Of a DNA stretch of 64,000 nt, positions 1 to 12,269 are shown one piece after another. How positions within the stretch are numbered: position 1 is the first letter of the stretch; each line of letters begins with the position of its first letter. Made by a program: the position numbers and the translations under genes. Below the pieces are notes generated by a model that was not told where the DNA came from, did not search any database, and worked only from the letters and a program-made list of their open reading frames with translations. The stretch spans positions 334,783 through 398,782 of the forward strand of contig JAQGDQ010000199.1 in NCBI GenBank assembly GCA_030141605.1, written 5' to 3'. Source of the stretch: Tubiluchus corallicola (lineage: Eukaryota > Animalia > Priapulida).

Positions 1-312
1 GATTCAATGGAAACATAAAATGTACTTCATTTTGCAACTGCTGATAATTTTTAAAAGTATTTAAGACATTTAGTATGCATGTTATACTGAGCTGTACAAA
101 GTTGTCTCTAAAGTACTGTACCTTGCGCAGTTTTTTATGCTATGTAGATTTTCTAGTTTGCCATTTTATCAGCATTTTTAGTCTATTGTTATTGGCTTAA
201 ATCAAAATAACTTTTAACAGATCAAATAACTGTCAGTTTTAAAATTTTATTAATTTTAAAGGCAGAAAATATTCTCGTATCCCATGGGATACAACGGGTA
301 TGAAAGGGTTAA
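1..312. mobile_element. possible 3' end of a piggyBac-like non-autonomous DNA element
   Basis: Ends ...ACAACGGGTATGAAAGGG followed by TTAA, the usual piggyBac terminus plus target site. The other end is outside the window. Confidence 0.3.
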
Positions 313-1129
313 TAAACGTGTCATTTTATAATCAGACTCTTCATAGCTTTGCCATTCCTCAAGCATCAATAAGCAGCTACATACAACCAATACAACGCAC
401 TATCCACTATACAACGAAATTAATTTTACTTACATCCCTATTATTTTGCGGTAGTAATTCGTATAAGAACGAAGGTGAAATATGATTTACAATTTTATGA
501 AAGGTGCTTAATCGATGAAATGTGCGCCTTTTATGCAAGTGGTCAAAGCCAACTTCAAACAATAGGTTTTCAGAGCTTCTGTCTTCATGGCCTTGGATGT
601 ATTACAAACTGTGATGTATTGAAAATATGTCAGCTACCAGAACTTGATCACGTGTTGTGATAACCTAAATTTGACTTGTAATAGTCAAACAACTGAGTAC
701 CGTAATTCAAATTATGGTTGGAAATCAGACAAGTTTATTGTTGACACCACACTAGAACTGTCATGGTTGTCTTGATGTTATTGTCACGTGATTAGGACAC
801 CAGATTAAGTAATCAAAATTGAAGGACGACGGTGGTCGGAAGTCTCTGTCATGGCGTAGTCACTTGTGTGTGGATACCGCCGCTGGAAGTCATCCAGAAA
901 GAACCTTCGTAATGGTGCAGCGAGAAGACTTTATTTCTTGTAGTTGCTTTACAAGCAATCCCAGTTATTTCAAGTTCTGCTCCATCAAACGCGCCGACTA
1001 GGCCAAAGGTTTATTTTCCTTGGCCTGCTACAAGCTGAGCATTAGTTTCTTATTAAAACGATCCTTGATACTGATACCTTGATACGTTAGGAAATTGTGT
1101 AATGTTGCAGTGATGATGAAAAATTAATA

Positions 1130-1185
1130 TCTATTATTATTGTTATTATTATTATTACATTATTATTATTATTACTATTATTATT

Positions 1186-1253
<68 letters not shown>

Positions 1254-1272
1254 TACCATCATTATTATTATT
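1130..1272. repeat. compound (TAT)n/(CAT)n microsatellite
   Basis: Direct reading; explains the poly-Tyr/poly-His ORF 1140..1370. Confidence 0.95.
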
Positions 1273-1775
1273 CGTACATTAATACAACACAATCACACAG
1301 TACATTAGTAGTAGTCCTCTTACAAATACAATTAGTTACATATTTACGATGCATTGTACACAAATTATAACAACAGAAAAACAAAACAATAAAAAGACGA
1401 ATTGAAACAGATCGACGAAATTATGTAGTACTTGAATTTTGGCTGAAACAAAATTATTATAATTGTCATACTACATGTATTTGGAACTATATTTCAAATT
1501 TTTGGTGTGATTAACGAATGCATTTGGTTCGTTAATGCTTTAGTAATTTGTTAAAAACTTTCAGTAAATCTGTCATTTAGGCTTGTTAAATAACTGTTCA
1601 ATGACATCTGCTTGAAGTAATGAAACAGAGATACAGTTACTGGACTGAACGAGCTGGCAGAGTAATTGGTTAAAGACCTATATAATCCTAACAGACACTG
1701 AAGTTTTTTTAACGCATTATTGTGATTACACAAAGAGTACATAGGTATTGTTAAACAAAAGAGATTTATGAATTA

Positions 1776-2230
1776 CCGTATTTTCCCGTGTATAAGAGAC
1801 CCTTGTGTATAAGAGACCCCTTCAATTTTTAGGCAAAAATTCTGGAAAAAAGTTTTTTCAGACGGACATTTTTAGAGGGTAAAGTACAACTTTTTTCAAC
1901 TCAGTGCGGTACTGAAAACAAAATAAAACCAGTTAATGTGTTGTAGAAAAAGAGTACTGGTATATATTAAAGTGCGTACCTGCAAACCTGTAACAGGAAA
2001 AGAGAAAACGAGGAGATAATGCCTGTGTCACGATGCTTGTATTGCTTACAACCGCTTCATAGTCGAACGCGACACGCAAAACAGTTGTAGAGCACTTATT
2101 TCTTTAAAATCATTAGTGTCACAATTTATGCATCTTATTGAAAAGACTTACTCCCATGTATAAGAGACCCCCTATTTTTAAAGTGAAAATTCTGAGCAAA
2201 AAAGGGTCTCTTATACACGGGAAAATACGG
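1776..2230. mobile_element. Tc1/mariner-type MITE (455 bp)
   Basis: Perfect 27-bp TIR CCGTATTTTCCCGTGTATAAGAGACCC / GGGTCTCTTATACACGGGAAAATACGG, flanked by TA at 1774-1775 and 2231-2232; subterminal repeats of TGTATAAGAGACCC; no ORF. Confidence 0.9.
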
Positions 2231-4302
2231 TAAATAACAAACTTTTTTGGGGAATTGTGAACGCTTGCATTGCCGTGTTTCGCATCTTTGCGCAAGTATG
2301 CGAGAATAACTTACGAGGTACTGAAAGCGTCTTTGGTCATCGATGTTTGTTTACCTATCTTTGGTGACCTCGTAACTGTACTCATAACATCATTCGTCTA
2401 GTGCAACGAAAAATAGAGCTTCTTCGAATTTAATGCCCCTAACAACAAAGTGATAAAATTTCGAAAGTTTTACAGTAAGGTCATAATAAAATAAATTGAA
2501 TTTTCGTAATGAAAGTAAAATTTCAAAATTTAAGATGTAAAAGCTTATAATTTTATGACAGTGATGGTTTAGTTTGACTTTAATTATTTAGTTAGTTAAT
2601 AAAATATTCGAGTTGACTTGTTAGGCCTGTGACTGGCGACTAAGGTGGTACAGATTAAGCCTAGTTTCACATTGCACTGTTGGAGGTGCGCGTTGAGTTT
2701 GATAGCTATTGAATTCAGGTTTAAATTCTGTGATGATTAGTGATTTAGTCAGCGTATGGATTCGCACACATGCCAGGCTTCAAATAGGTTTCTGCCGGCT
2801 CTCTTTTGCACTCACTTCAGCACACTGTTTTACAGGCTGAACTACATTTTAAGAATTGGTTTTGTTGTTACTTTCATATTAGATCTTAATGATATTATAA
2901 CATTATAACAAAACGTAGTCCTCATTCGTGAAATAACAAATGTCACAAAGTAGAAATTTGCATAATAATTTATTTTAATTTTACATGTTTGAACTGTTCA
3001 AATTTTTGGTAACATCTGTAATAACTTTATAATATTTGTAGCTAAATGCGATTATCTTGTTTTTTACAGATCCGTATAAAGCCTTTCTTGTAGCAAAGCC
3101 TGTCAGTAATAAACTGCACAACTGCATTGCCTTACACGGGGCTTTGAGATTTTGTTATATTGCTTTGAAATGATGAGTGCATCAATTAGTGTCATTAATT
3201 ATCTGCTAAAAGCATAATTTTGTACTCAGCTAGTACAGTATACATGCAGGATGGTTTGTTTAACTCACGATCCGTTATTTCAGTCCTCACACTCTCTTTC
3301 TTGCGGTCCTGCCTTCCCATCTTTCTGTCGTCTTTCATAAATCAACTGTTCGTGACGTACACGTGCAGTTTAAGCCATTTTTATAAGACACTTTTACTTT
3401 CGTTGAACGATCTCCTCCAATTGCAATCTATATCAATCCTAATCTTTGCCAAGCAACGATGCTTTATATTGTGATGCCGTTTATGATAACAAGGATTCAT
3501 AATTTACTACGTGTACTGACTAAAAAAATTACAAAAAAAAAGAAAAGAAAAAAGTAAAATGAAACGCTTGATAAGAGCTTATAGCTGACACTTATGCGTT
3601 GAGCCGAAATGCAAACCAAGAGATTAAACCAAAAATTACTGAATAACGATAGACTCCATGACAGCAACCAAGAAAAGAAAACAAAATGAAACCGAAACCG
3701 AACATGACCCAGAATTCACCGCCCTCGAGTCTACAAGAGCAAGTTACACGCTCGAGAAAATTGGCCTAGAAAACTGAGCTCTGGTTGGCCCACGCAATTT
3801 TGCATTCAATACACTACATTTTCATGAAACCCGTGGTTTCTGAGACGGTTTAATCCTGCGAACTGGCAGAGTCTTAGGTTTTTTCGAATATGATGTTATC
3901 GCCGCCATCTTGAGTTCTAAATAGCGTATCGTCAATTCGAGTTCATTCTAGTATATTCCTCTAAAGTTTGATGACGACGAAATTGCGAAATTGTGGAGCC
4001 ATAGGCTGTTTTTTCAAACAACAAGAGTGAGAACAACAACCAGATGAGTAGCGAATCGGATCGAATTTTGGACCAGTAAAAGAGTTAATAATAGGTCAGG
4101 TTTTTTGAAAACATAGGAGTCCTGAGTCCCTTACGTCTCATAATAAAGTTTTTAGCACTTTGCACTCAGCACTTGCACCGTGGAGATACCTGCATCAGAC
4201 GCAGTCTGTTTTGTAAATCCACTATAAATAAATAAAGTTTAAACTAAACTAATAAAGTTTTTAATTGTTTACAAAAAGAATAATACCCGCTTCAAAACAG
4301 CC

Positions 4303-4480
4303 CACTATATGATAAATTTTATTACCTTTTTATACATTTGTTAACTATGACTGCCAGTGTGCAGTAGAAAAGTCTGATTTTTAACACAAATGAAATCCAC
4401 TAAAAATCCAAATTTTCTACTGCATACTTGCAATCATTGTCAGAAGATATATAAAACTGTAATAAAATTTATTATATAGT
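4303..4480. repeat. imperfect palindrome (MITE-like) upstream of the glycosyltransferase
   Basis: ATAAATTTTATTAC...TGCAGTAGAAAA pairs with TTTTCTACTGCA...GTAATAAAATTTAT; also present in the inverted duplicate at about 54340-54520. Confidence 0.6.
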
Positions 4481-4649
4481 AGGTTTTTATAAAATATCTC
4501 CCTGAGCTTTGATGACAAGTAAATAGAAGCTTGCTAGATGCAAAGATTGTGAAATGCAATGATTGAACTTTGTCCCGTGCATAGATCTGTTATCAACATA
4601 ACAGCTTGAACAAATAACATTAGTCGTCGATTCATAGCAGTAAAGGGCA

Positions 4650-5702
4650 ATGCCGAGAAAGACAAGCCTCGCTATTTTGGGTTTATTGATTGTCATTTCA
4701 GTGTTACTTTTTGTGGAAATTTCTAATTTTCCCAGTGTCAAAAAGCACATAATTTCACACAAGGACTCTAGTAGGAATAACTACACGTATACTTTTACCA
4801 GTTGGGATGAACCATTTCATTTGGAAATTGCAGTGCTCACGTATAACAGACCAGCATCTTTGCAGAGATTATTGCATTCTCTATCTATTGCAGAGTACCA
4901 TAATGATGTAGTTTCGTTGAAAATATGTGTTGACAGACGTGAATCTGATAATAGCTATTCCAGTGAAACTGTTTCTGTTGCTAATTCATTTGTGTGGCCT
5001 CATGGGAATAAGACAGTGCACGTTCATGTGAAACATGTGGGCCCTTATATTCAATGGTATGACTGTTGGAAACCAACAGAAAATCCAGAATACTACGGAA
5101 TTATTGTGGAAGACGACCTGGAATTGTCCCCATATTATTACCGATGGCTCAAAGCAGCTCTTCTGTTTTACAGAACCAACGCGGAAATCGGAGGCGTGTC
5201 GCTGCAAAAGCGCACTCTAGTGGCAAGAAGGCAAAATGGACACCAGGTGAATAGAAACCCACTATGTTCGAAATGCAAGGACCATGTATTTTTGTACCGT
5301 TTAACAGGAACGTGGGGTTATGCTCCTGTGCCGAAAATATGGGTAAAGTTTCGCAAGTGGGCTTTAGAAATTTTGCGAAATAAGTCATTTATACCATACA
5401 TTGAAGGAGAAAAGCATCTTGTCAGTAATTACTGGCTTCCAAAACTGCACCCCAAGAGCTTCCCACAGTCGTATTTTCTTTATTTCAATAACGTAAATCA
5501 TCTTTACACTCTCTATAGTAACCTTGCGCTTGACAAAACACTCGCTTGCAATAGACGGGAACCAGGAATGCATTCCAATGAGAAAAGTTCCGCTGCTCAC
5601 GTTTGTGACTTTGATCCTCTGATCAACTGGAGTGACACTTTTATCGAATTTCCAACAAACCCAGTAAAATTAAACTGGGATGCAGAGATCGAATTATCAT
5701 AA
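4650..5702 (+). CDS. single-exon type II membrane glycosyltransferase (GT-A fold, GT2-like), 350 aa
   Basis: Short basic N-terminus plus hydrophobic anchor (LAILGLLIVISVLLFV); IAVLTYNRPASLQRLLHSL nucleotide-sugar-binding strand/helix; IIVEDDLELSPYYY DxD-like motif; GTWG motif; uninterrupted 1053-bp ORF. Confidence 0.85.
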   Translation: MPRKTSLAILGLLIVISVLLFVEISNFPSVKKHIISHKDSSRNNYTYTFTSWDEPFHLEIAVLTYNRPASLQRLLHSLSIAEYHNDVVSLKICVDRRESDNSYSSETVSVANSFVWPHGNKTVHVHVKHVGPYIQWYDCWKPTENPEYYGIIVEDDLELSPYYYRWLKAALLFYRTNAEIGGVSLQKRTLVARRQNGHQVNRNPLCSKCKDHVFLYRLTGTWGYAPVPKIWVKFRKWALEILRNKSFIPYIEGEKHLVSNYWLPKLHPKSFPQSYFLYFNNVNHLYTLYSNLALDKTLACNRREPGMHSNEKSSAAHVCDFDPLINWSDTFIEFPTNPVKLNWDAEIELS

Positions 5703-7197
5703 ATTTATACTGTAATTTTGACTGGATGGGCTGGCACGCTGGGGTTATGCACTGAAGTTTCTCGCCAGATATCCGATCCAATATGCCCATGCTTGTTGTC
5801 ATTACGGAACAGGTGCAGACTATAATAAATTCTTTTTAATCTAGTACATTAATTCTGCTGACATAATCTGGCAGGGTGACCCGCACCTCCAAGAAAATGA
5901 TTTTTGGCGTTTCATACATAAAACGCATAGTTTCGATTTAATATGGTCATACTCGCAATTTATTTTTATATGACGTCACTAGGGGAACGATAGGCGAGAA
6001 GCTTTCAAAACTGGGCATTTTCACACATACTTTACAAAGATTTAAATCGTTAAATTTAATATTTTTTGTGTTTAATTTAATAATTTATTATTATTATAAT
6101 TTTTGTATGATACGTAGAACCTGTTCAATCCAAGTTAATAAATTATTTAAGCAATAGACGTACTTCTTTATAAAACACATTTTTATTTTTCAAACGAAAG
6201 TAATCTTTGGCATTAAGCAATTAAGCTGATAATGCGCTTCAGATATACGCGCATCACTGAAACAAAGCTCAAGTAAAAGTAATGCAACAACAAAAATTCA
6301 GGTAGAAGAAGAAAGGAACACGCAAGACAGATTGAAACAAAAGGTAAGAGAAGGAAATGTTATTGTGGTCGGCCAGGGGAAAAACTTTTACAAGCACGAA
6401 TAAAATTTCGAACTAAGTTAAATACAAGAACATTTTGATAATTAAGTATTGCATCGCCAGACAACATGGTAGAGATTTTATGCCATGGATTCATGGAACA
6501 GATGCTGGTTGGATGGACATTGGAAGCACACAAGTTATCAAATTTGCACTGCTCTCTGATCGCTGCGTACAGTATACAGTATACATAGGGGCTTCTACAA
6601 GCCTTTGCTTCTCTAGCCCACTGCAGTTCAATTATTCTTCTATGATAACGATAGTGTATGAAACATAACAATTTAATACAGTATGATGTAATAATTTTGA
6701 TGTCACCGTGTGCTTAATGTCATTATATTGTACTGAATGTGATAATAATAAATAATAATAAAAAAATAATAATAAACGTACTTGCACACTTGGAGTGATA
6801 ACAATAAAGACAAGAGTATTAGTTTGCTTTATTTTACATTTTGCTGACAAAAATAACTATACCCGATAGATTAGAATCATTAGACAACCATAATTAACCA
6901 ACGGCGCATGCGCAATTATGCAATAGCTTAGATTACACATTTCCACTAGGCGGTTCGAATACATATAATGCTTGTCACCAGATACGTAAAATCTAAAATC
7001 TCAAAAATACAGAATATTACTAAATTACAAAATTACTAAGTTCCATAATGCAATACTACATGATCAATTTTCATGATACATGATCAATGATTAAGTCGAA
7101 CGACGAATGACACTTTTATGTCATATTGACAGCTAAAAAAATTTGAACACCGACTCGATATTATATTTTTAGCTGAGCTTTCTAATGCCGTTTTTAA

Positions 7198-7859
7198 AGC
7201 ACAAGAAAACCCTCCACTTAGATCAAGGTTAAAAAATTCGTCTCTGAATTTTATACCACTTACATACTATCTTTTCATATGCATTACTTGCATTGGCCGT
7301 ATCGCTGTATAAAACTGTGTAAATTAAACTCCCGCGATGACCGTTAAGCGCAGCCATTTTAATGGTAGGTCGTTTGAAACATGTTTTGATAACATTAAGT
7401 AAAGTTTGAAAAAATAATTAGAGCATTCGTAACATACATGTTATTAATTAAGTAAAATTTTAAATTACTGTATCCTGTCAATAAGATTAAAAATACGTTT
7501 TTGGCTAGTGAGTGGCGCACCCTAGAGGGTGAGTCAGCGGCATTTTACCAATTAGCACAAACATTTTAAACGATTAGTCTAGTTCTAGTTGCATAATTCT
7601 TTCCAGCAGGTAAGTAAAATGCTAAGTAATACAGATTTGCACGAAAAGTTTTTGGGTCATAATTTAACATTACCTTTTCTTCCCGTGGCGTAGTGACGTC
7701 ATGTAATGGCGCCGAACAGTATTGCGGGAGATTTAAAATGAAAACAAACGAAAATTTATTTCAACGCGAATACGATATGTGCATAAAATTGCTGTAAAGT
7801 AATATAATTTTTTAAAGCGATTTTCTGAAACCTACTTCAGGTACCCCTTTTCTTGTCCT
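7198..7859. mobile_element. TTAA-flanked non-autonomous DNA element (Kolobok-like)
   Basis: TTAA|AGCACAAGAAAA ... TTTTCTTGTCCT|TTAA: short TIR with purine-purine ends and TTAA on both sides. Confidence 0.6.
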
Positions 7860-8216
7860 TTAAGTCATACTTCACCCACACACAACGGCAATAAGAAGTG
7901 TACAACATGAACGACAAGGTGATTTCTTGGTATAAAGCAATTCAACCTTATACACGATACACTGCAATATCTTAACAAATACTGTTATATAAGATTTATT
8001 AATAATTATTATTAAGGAAGTATTAAATAATATACGTATAACGGATGTTAAAATTGTGCGTCTACTGCTCTCCAAACATATCCTGTGACCAGGCAGATCT
8101 AACGGATAAGCTACTATAAACATTACATACAATAATCGCAGTTTACTTCAGAGACACTATTCCGGCCGAACTAAGTCACAAAACATATGGACCAGTTTCT
8201 GAAAGCCTTCACTAAG

Positions 8217-8669
8217 TTAAAGGACAAGAAAAGGCCTAGTTAAAGCAAGACACTGAAAATTTCCGCTAAAGAATTACAACGGTTAGACGCAATCTTAAGC
8301 GTTTATCATACTCACTCCAAAAGAATTTCCTGTTTGTTTTAATTTAAATACTCCCGCGAAACTGTCATATTAGATGGCGTCACAGAGCCACAACACAAAT
8401 CTTTGTAGTACACGTGCTCAGAACTCACTGCGACTGTGTTCGAGTGATGTCATGCCACGTGATCAGTCACATGCTGACTTTTTAATTGGCGGACTAAATG
8501 AAACATGCCTGCGCAAACGTTTACTGCAGCGGTTGAAGTATTTTGCAAAAATTGGAGTAAATGCGAAAACATGAGTACTTTATTCGCTTAAGATTATACT
8601 TAGGTGATGTAATTTTTTATTGCGAATTCTCTGAGGCTTACTTTGGTTGGCCATTTTCTTTTCCGTTAA
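8217..8669. mobile_element. second, more degraded element of the same TTAA family in opposite orientation
   Basis: Starts TTAAAGGACAAGAAAAGG, ends TTTTCTTTTCCGTTAA; 8325-8362 is a reverse-complement match to 7722-7757. Confidence 0.5.
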
Positions 8670-8847
8670 CGAGGTTGTTATTACATTAACTTAACTACCA
8701 ATAACGACGTCGTTGAGTTAGTGACAACATTGTGAAATGGGTTTTACTTGATTCCAACTCATCTAACTTCACAGCTATATTGCCAAGTTATCAAATATAT
8801 AATTTAGTCACCAACCGAATGCTTGAAAAGATATTCCTGTTGTCAAA

Positions 8848-11800
8848 CTATGAAACTAATTTAAACGACAAAGGATATTTTGTCACTGATCGCTCTGGCT
8901 CAGGCACAAAGCAGGTATGAAGTGCTTCATTTCTGAACACTAAAGTTTCTAAGATTCCACTTGTGGCTGCGCGTCTATGTACCACCGCATATTCCTTCAT
9001 TACATCCTTACAAGTCACCAGATGTTTTCTCATGGCATGTTCTTCTTGATGCAACCAGCCTTGTGCTCCGCAGTTGAACGTTTTATCAGAAAAACGGATG
9101 GATCTGATCAAGAATGCCCTTGTATCCTTCGGCGAAGGTATCCATAATGAACCCAGAGGACGCCTGTGCAGAGGAAACACCATGTCTATTGGATAACACC
9201 GAGCTCGGTCTTCACGGCGCCGGGCTTCCCACACATGAGTTTCATTTCTTTCATAAAAATTCACATCCAGAAAGGGCCACCGCCACACCCACTGACGTTT
9301 CCACTTTTTAGGTGCCGTGGTTTTGCTAAAAAACGTCTTCAAGTACTTTTTGCTGGTGTGGTTAACAGTTGAGTATTCAAGTGCAAGTTCTAATGGCAGG
9401 ATTTTTCTGACCAACTGTTCGTGTTGTTTTGAAATGAGAATGTCTATATCGTCGTCCCAAGGCAGCAAGTCGTGCATCATATAAGAACCTGCAAAAAACA
9501 AATCATGACAAAAGTGCCAAAGACTAAACCTTGCCTAAAACCTAATTACAAAACGTCTTCTCTTAACATCAACTGATCAGTTTTTGAAGCTCAGCAGCCT
9601 CCTAATAATACTGTTACGAAGATACTAGCACAGTTTTTTTCGTTTTCCACCATTACCACAAATGAAATATTCAAAATCTTAAATAAAAAAAAAAACATTA
9701 ACAAAGGTAGTGGCCCATCTAAAATACCTACGAAGATATTAAAGGACAGCGCTAATATAACAGCACCTCGTGCTGCCTACATTACAAACCAAATGATCAT
9801 GAACAGTGAATTCCCCAGTATCTGTAAATATAACACCAATCCACAAAAAAGATTAATCAACTGAGCCTGTTAATTGCCGGCCTATATCAGTTGTTTATTG
9901 TTTTGGAAAAATTCTGGAAAAAGCACTATATGAACAAATGAATTCATATATAAACACTAACAATATACTTAGTAAACATCAATTTGGTTTTAGTCGAAAA
10001 CACTCTACTACTGATGCCATCATACATGCAACTGAAAACTGGAGATCAAACTTAAATGAAACTAAATACTGTTACGAAGGCAGATTTTGACCAACTCCCT
10101 AATATTAGTAATGGGTATGGTCGAGAAGCCCAGTAATGCAAATGTTCCTGTATAAAACAGAATGCATGCCGTAATTTGACGATTTCAACCTGGCCTTTCT
10201 GTCTGTAAAGGTGAATGCTGTATGTTTGCTGATTTTTATACAAAAGTCTGTTCACGTGTCATTCTTTTTAATTTATTTTACATTCGTATTCTTTTTACTT
10301 TTCTCGTCTACTGTAATATTTCGTAACTCGTAATACAAGTGGCTCTCGCACATAATAAAAAACGTTGATGTTTAATATTGAGATCATCTCGTGTTGGTCA
10401 AGATGAGATCCAAATATTTCTAGTCAGTAGCAGCCTTAACATCAAAACAATTTAGAATTACGCTAGAGCACAAGAGATTGGCATATCTTTTGGGTATGCA
10501 ATTTAAGCAGCTTTTTTTCATTAGAATTATAACTAACATCGTTTTCTAATGCAAAGTTTTCACATGTACTGAGCAAATCTTGAAGCTCCGGAAATGGAAT
10601 TAGCAAAAACACAAAAGTCGGCAGCACAGGCTAAATGATTTTAAGTAGTACTAATGACATTTGCATTGTTTAATCGCACTGACAGATCGTTCACGTAATA
10701 TTAAATGTCGAAAGTATGTACATTTTAGTATGTTTGTAATACTAAGTATGTAATATTTAGTATGTAAATATTAAATACCGAAAGGATCATATAAGAAACA
10801 TAACCTTGCCCAATACATTAATTATCCGATTTCTGTACCTATAGTAGAGAAAACTAACAACAAAGACAGGAAGACTACAACGTAATAGCTTCCTAAACAG
10901 CCTCACGTGGTTAATTCTACCAGTTGCCTCACTAGCATCCAAGAAGCAAATGTAAAACGGGGTTGATTTATTATTTACATACAAATCAATATATTGCTTT
11001 AGCATAAAAATACACATTTTCGTGCAGGACTCAGCCTTAAAGATAAAGTGATTGTAACAAGTGCCAAGGATATCATTAAATCTAGTTAAAATGATTATTT
11101 ATTTTATACCTTGCCAAAATAATGTTTCAAAACTAGAAATTTTTCAATTCAAGAATAATTTCATACTAACCGTACAACACTCCACCAAAAATGAAGTGCA
11201 CTATCAACAATACTCATTAAAACAACGAGTTGTCTCCATTGTATATAATAAATTTAAAATCTAATTTTAATCTAAAAAAATCTATTGAAAAAGACACGTT
11301 CCAAAACCTTACTTACTACAGTTGTAAATAGTAATGTAACGTAATGTGACTTAACAGAACGTAAGATAACATCATGCAGTATGAAGTAAGAACACATATT
11401 TTCTTAAACTTTCCCACGTTTCAGCAATCATTTTATTATCATTATTTCTTTTTGCAAAACCCAATATAAATAAATATTTAATAGGATTTTTTCTATGATC
11501 GCGAATTTTACACATTTCACGTTGAAAGTAATCATCGTGAATTTTTCAAATTTGTCGTATGTCATTGCTGTTATTTCTTTCTTATCTTACCAAAATAATG
11601 TTTCAAAACTAGAAATTTTTTAATTCAAGAATATTTTCATACTAACCGTACAACGCTCCACCAAAAATGAAGTACGGTATTCCATTTGATGTTAGTGCAC
11701 TATCAACAATACTCATTAAAACAATTAATTGTCTCCATTGATGCTCAGTGATAATTTTCTTTGCAATCCTGCTACTGGTCCACGGGGCCAGCCGAATCTT

Positions 11801-12094
11801 ACAGTGTGGGTTGAACGAAACAGTTCTCTCTTGATAATCGTTCATTGTTTTAGACAGCAATCCACAGCCAGTGGCATTGGCACAATTACGAAGATGCAGC
11901 TGAATATCTTGCTGGTAATTTTGGTTATTTAGAGTTGTGAGAAAAAAATCTGGAACAATGCAATTTAGAATTTTTTCGCTATTTTTAGTGGTGCCGTCAT
12001 GATTAGTAATTACAAAATAAAAACCCAAATATAGCAGTCCAAAGAAAATCAATGCCACAAACCACTGTTTTACTGACTTCATTGAAGAACACAT
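8848..12094 (-). CDS. LicD/fukutin-family nucleotidyltransferase-fold phosphotransferase, type II membrane, 2 exons (12094-11647, 9488-8848), about 362 aa
   Basis: Exon 1 has a TM anchor (WFVALIFFGLLYLGFYFVI) and ends YFIFGGALY-G|GTTAGT; exon 2 starts TTTTTTGCAG|GT TCT TAT. The phase-1 splice rebuilds FGGALYGSYMMHDLLPWDDDIDI, the LicD signature; later WRWPFLDVNFY and VFPLHRRPLG. Confidence 0.9.
9622..10085 (+). mobile_element. degenerate LINE reverse-transcriptase fragment in the LicD intron
   Basis: Translates in pieces to GSGPSKIPTKILK, NCRPISVV..FGKILEK, QFGFSRKHSTTDAI, ADFD; near-identical inverted copy at about 25040-25498. Confidence 0.75.
10400..11060 (-). mobile_element. degenerate LINE RT fragment (related to the 57 kb element type)
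   Basis: ORF 10787..11017 CIFMLKQYIDLY...YICFLDASEATGRINHVRLFRKL parallels CINMLKEIVDYY...IMFLDASKAFDRINYFKLFLKL of ORF2 at 57406. Confidence 0.75.
11113..11241 (-). pseudogene. partial duplicate of the LicD exon 1 3' end and splice donor, with an internal deletion
   Basis: Matches 11590-11740 (CCAAAATAATGTTTCAAAACTAG...CATACTAACCGTACAAC.CTCCACCAAAAATGAAGT...GCACTATCAACAATACTCATTAAAACAA). Confidence 0.8.
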
Positions 12095-12269
12095 GAATAC
12101 GATCCTTTGTTGAATCTATCGAGTAAACTAATTGAGCTCGAGTTCATCTCAAGCGGGAGCTGCAGACATCGATGTAGGTACAAAGGTTTCCTGTTCTGCA
12201 AATTTTACAATGCATAAATAGCACAGGCCCTTATGCATTTTAGCTGGATTTTTGTGAAAGAATTGATTT

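Noticed and set aside
1140-1370. Poly-His/poly-Tyr ORF and the other low-complexity ORFs (16306, 17310-17619, 21021-21454, 27068, 28345-28914, 30327-30797, 31261, 36631, 44825-45198, 47258, 55257-55884)
   Set aside because: All are translations of microsatellites that lack stop codons by construction.
4487-5600. Short overlapping and antisense ORFs on the glycosyltransferase (similarly on LicD, the sulfotransferase and the LINE ORFs)
   Set aside because: Shadow frames of real coding sequence with no recognisable motifs.
8666-8740. A fourth arm of the nested inverted duplication (pairs with 43306-43402 in collinear position)
   Set aside because: Flanks do not match and it is a MITE-like repeat, so independent insertion is more likely.
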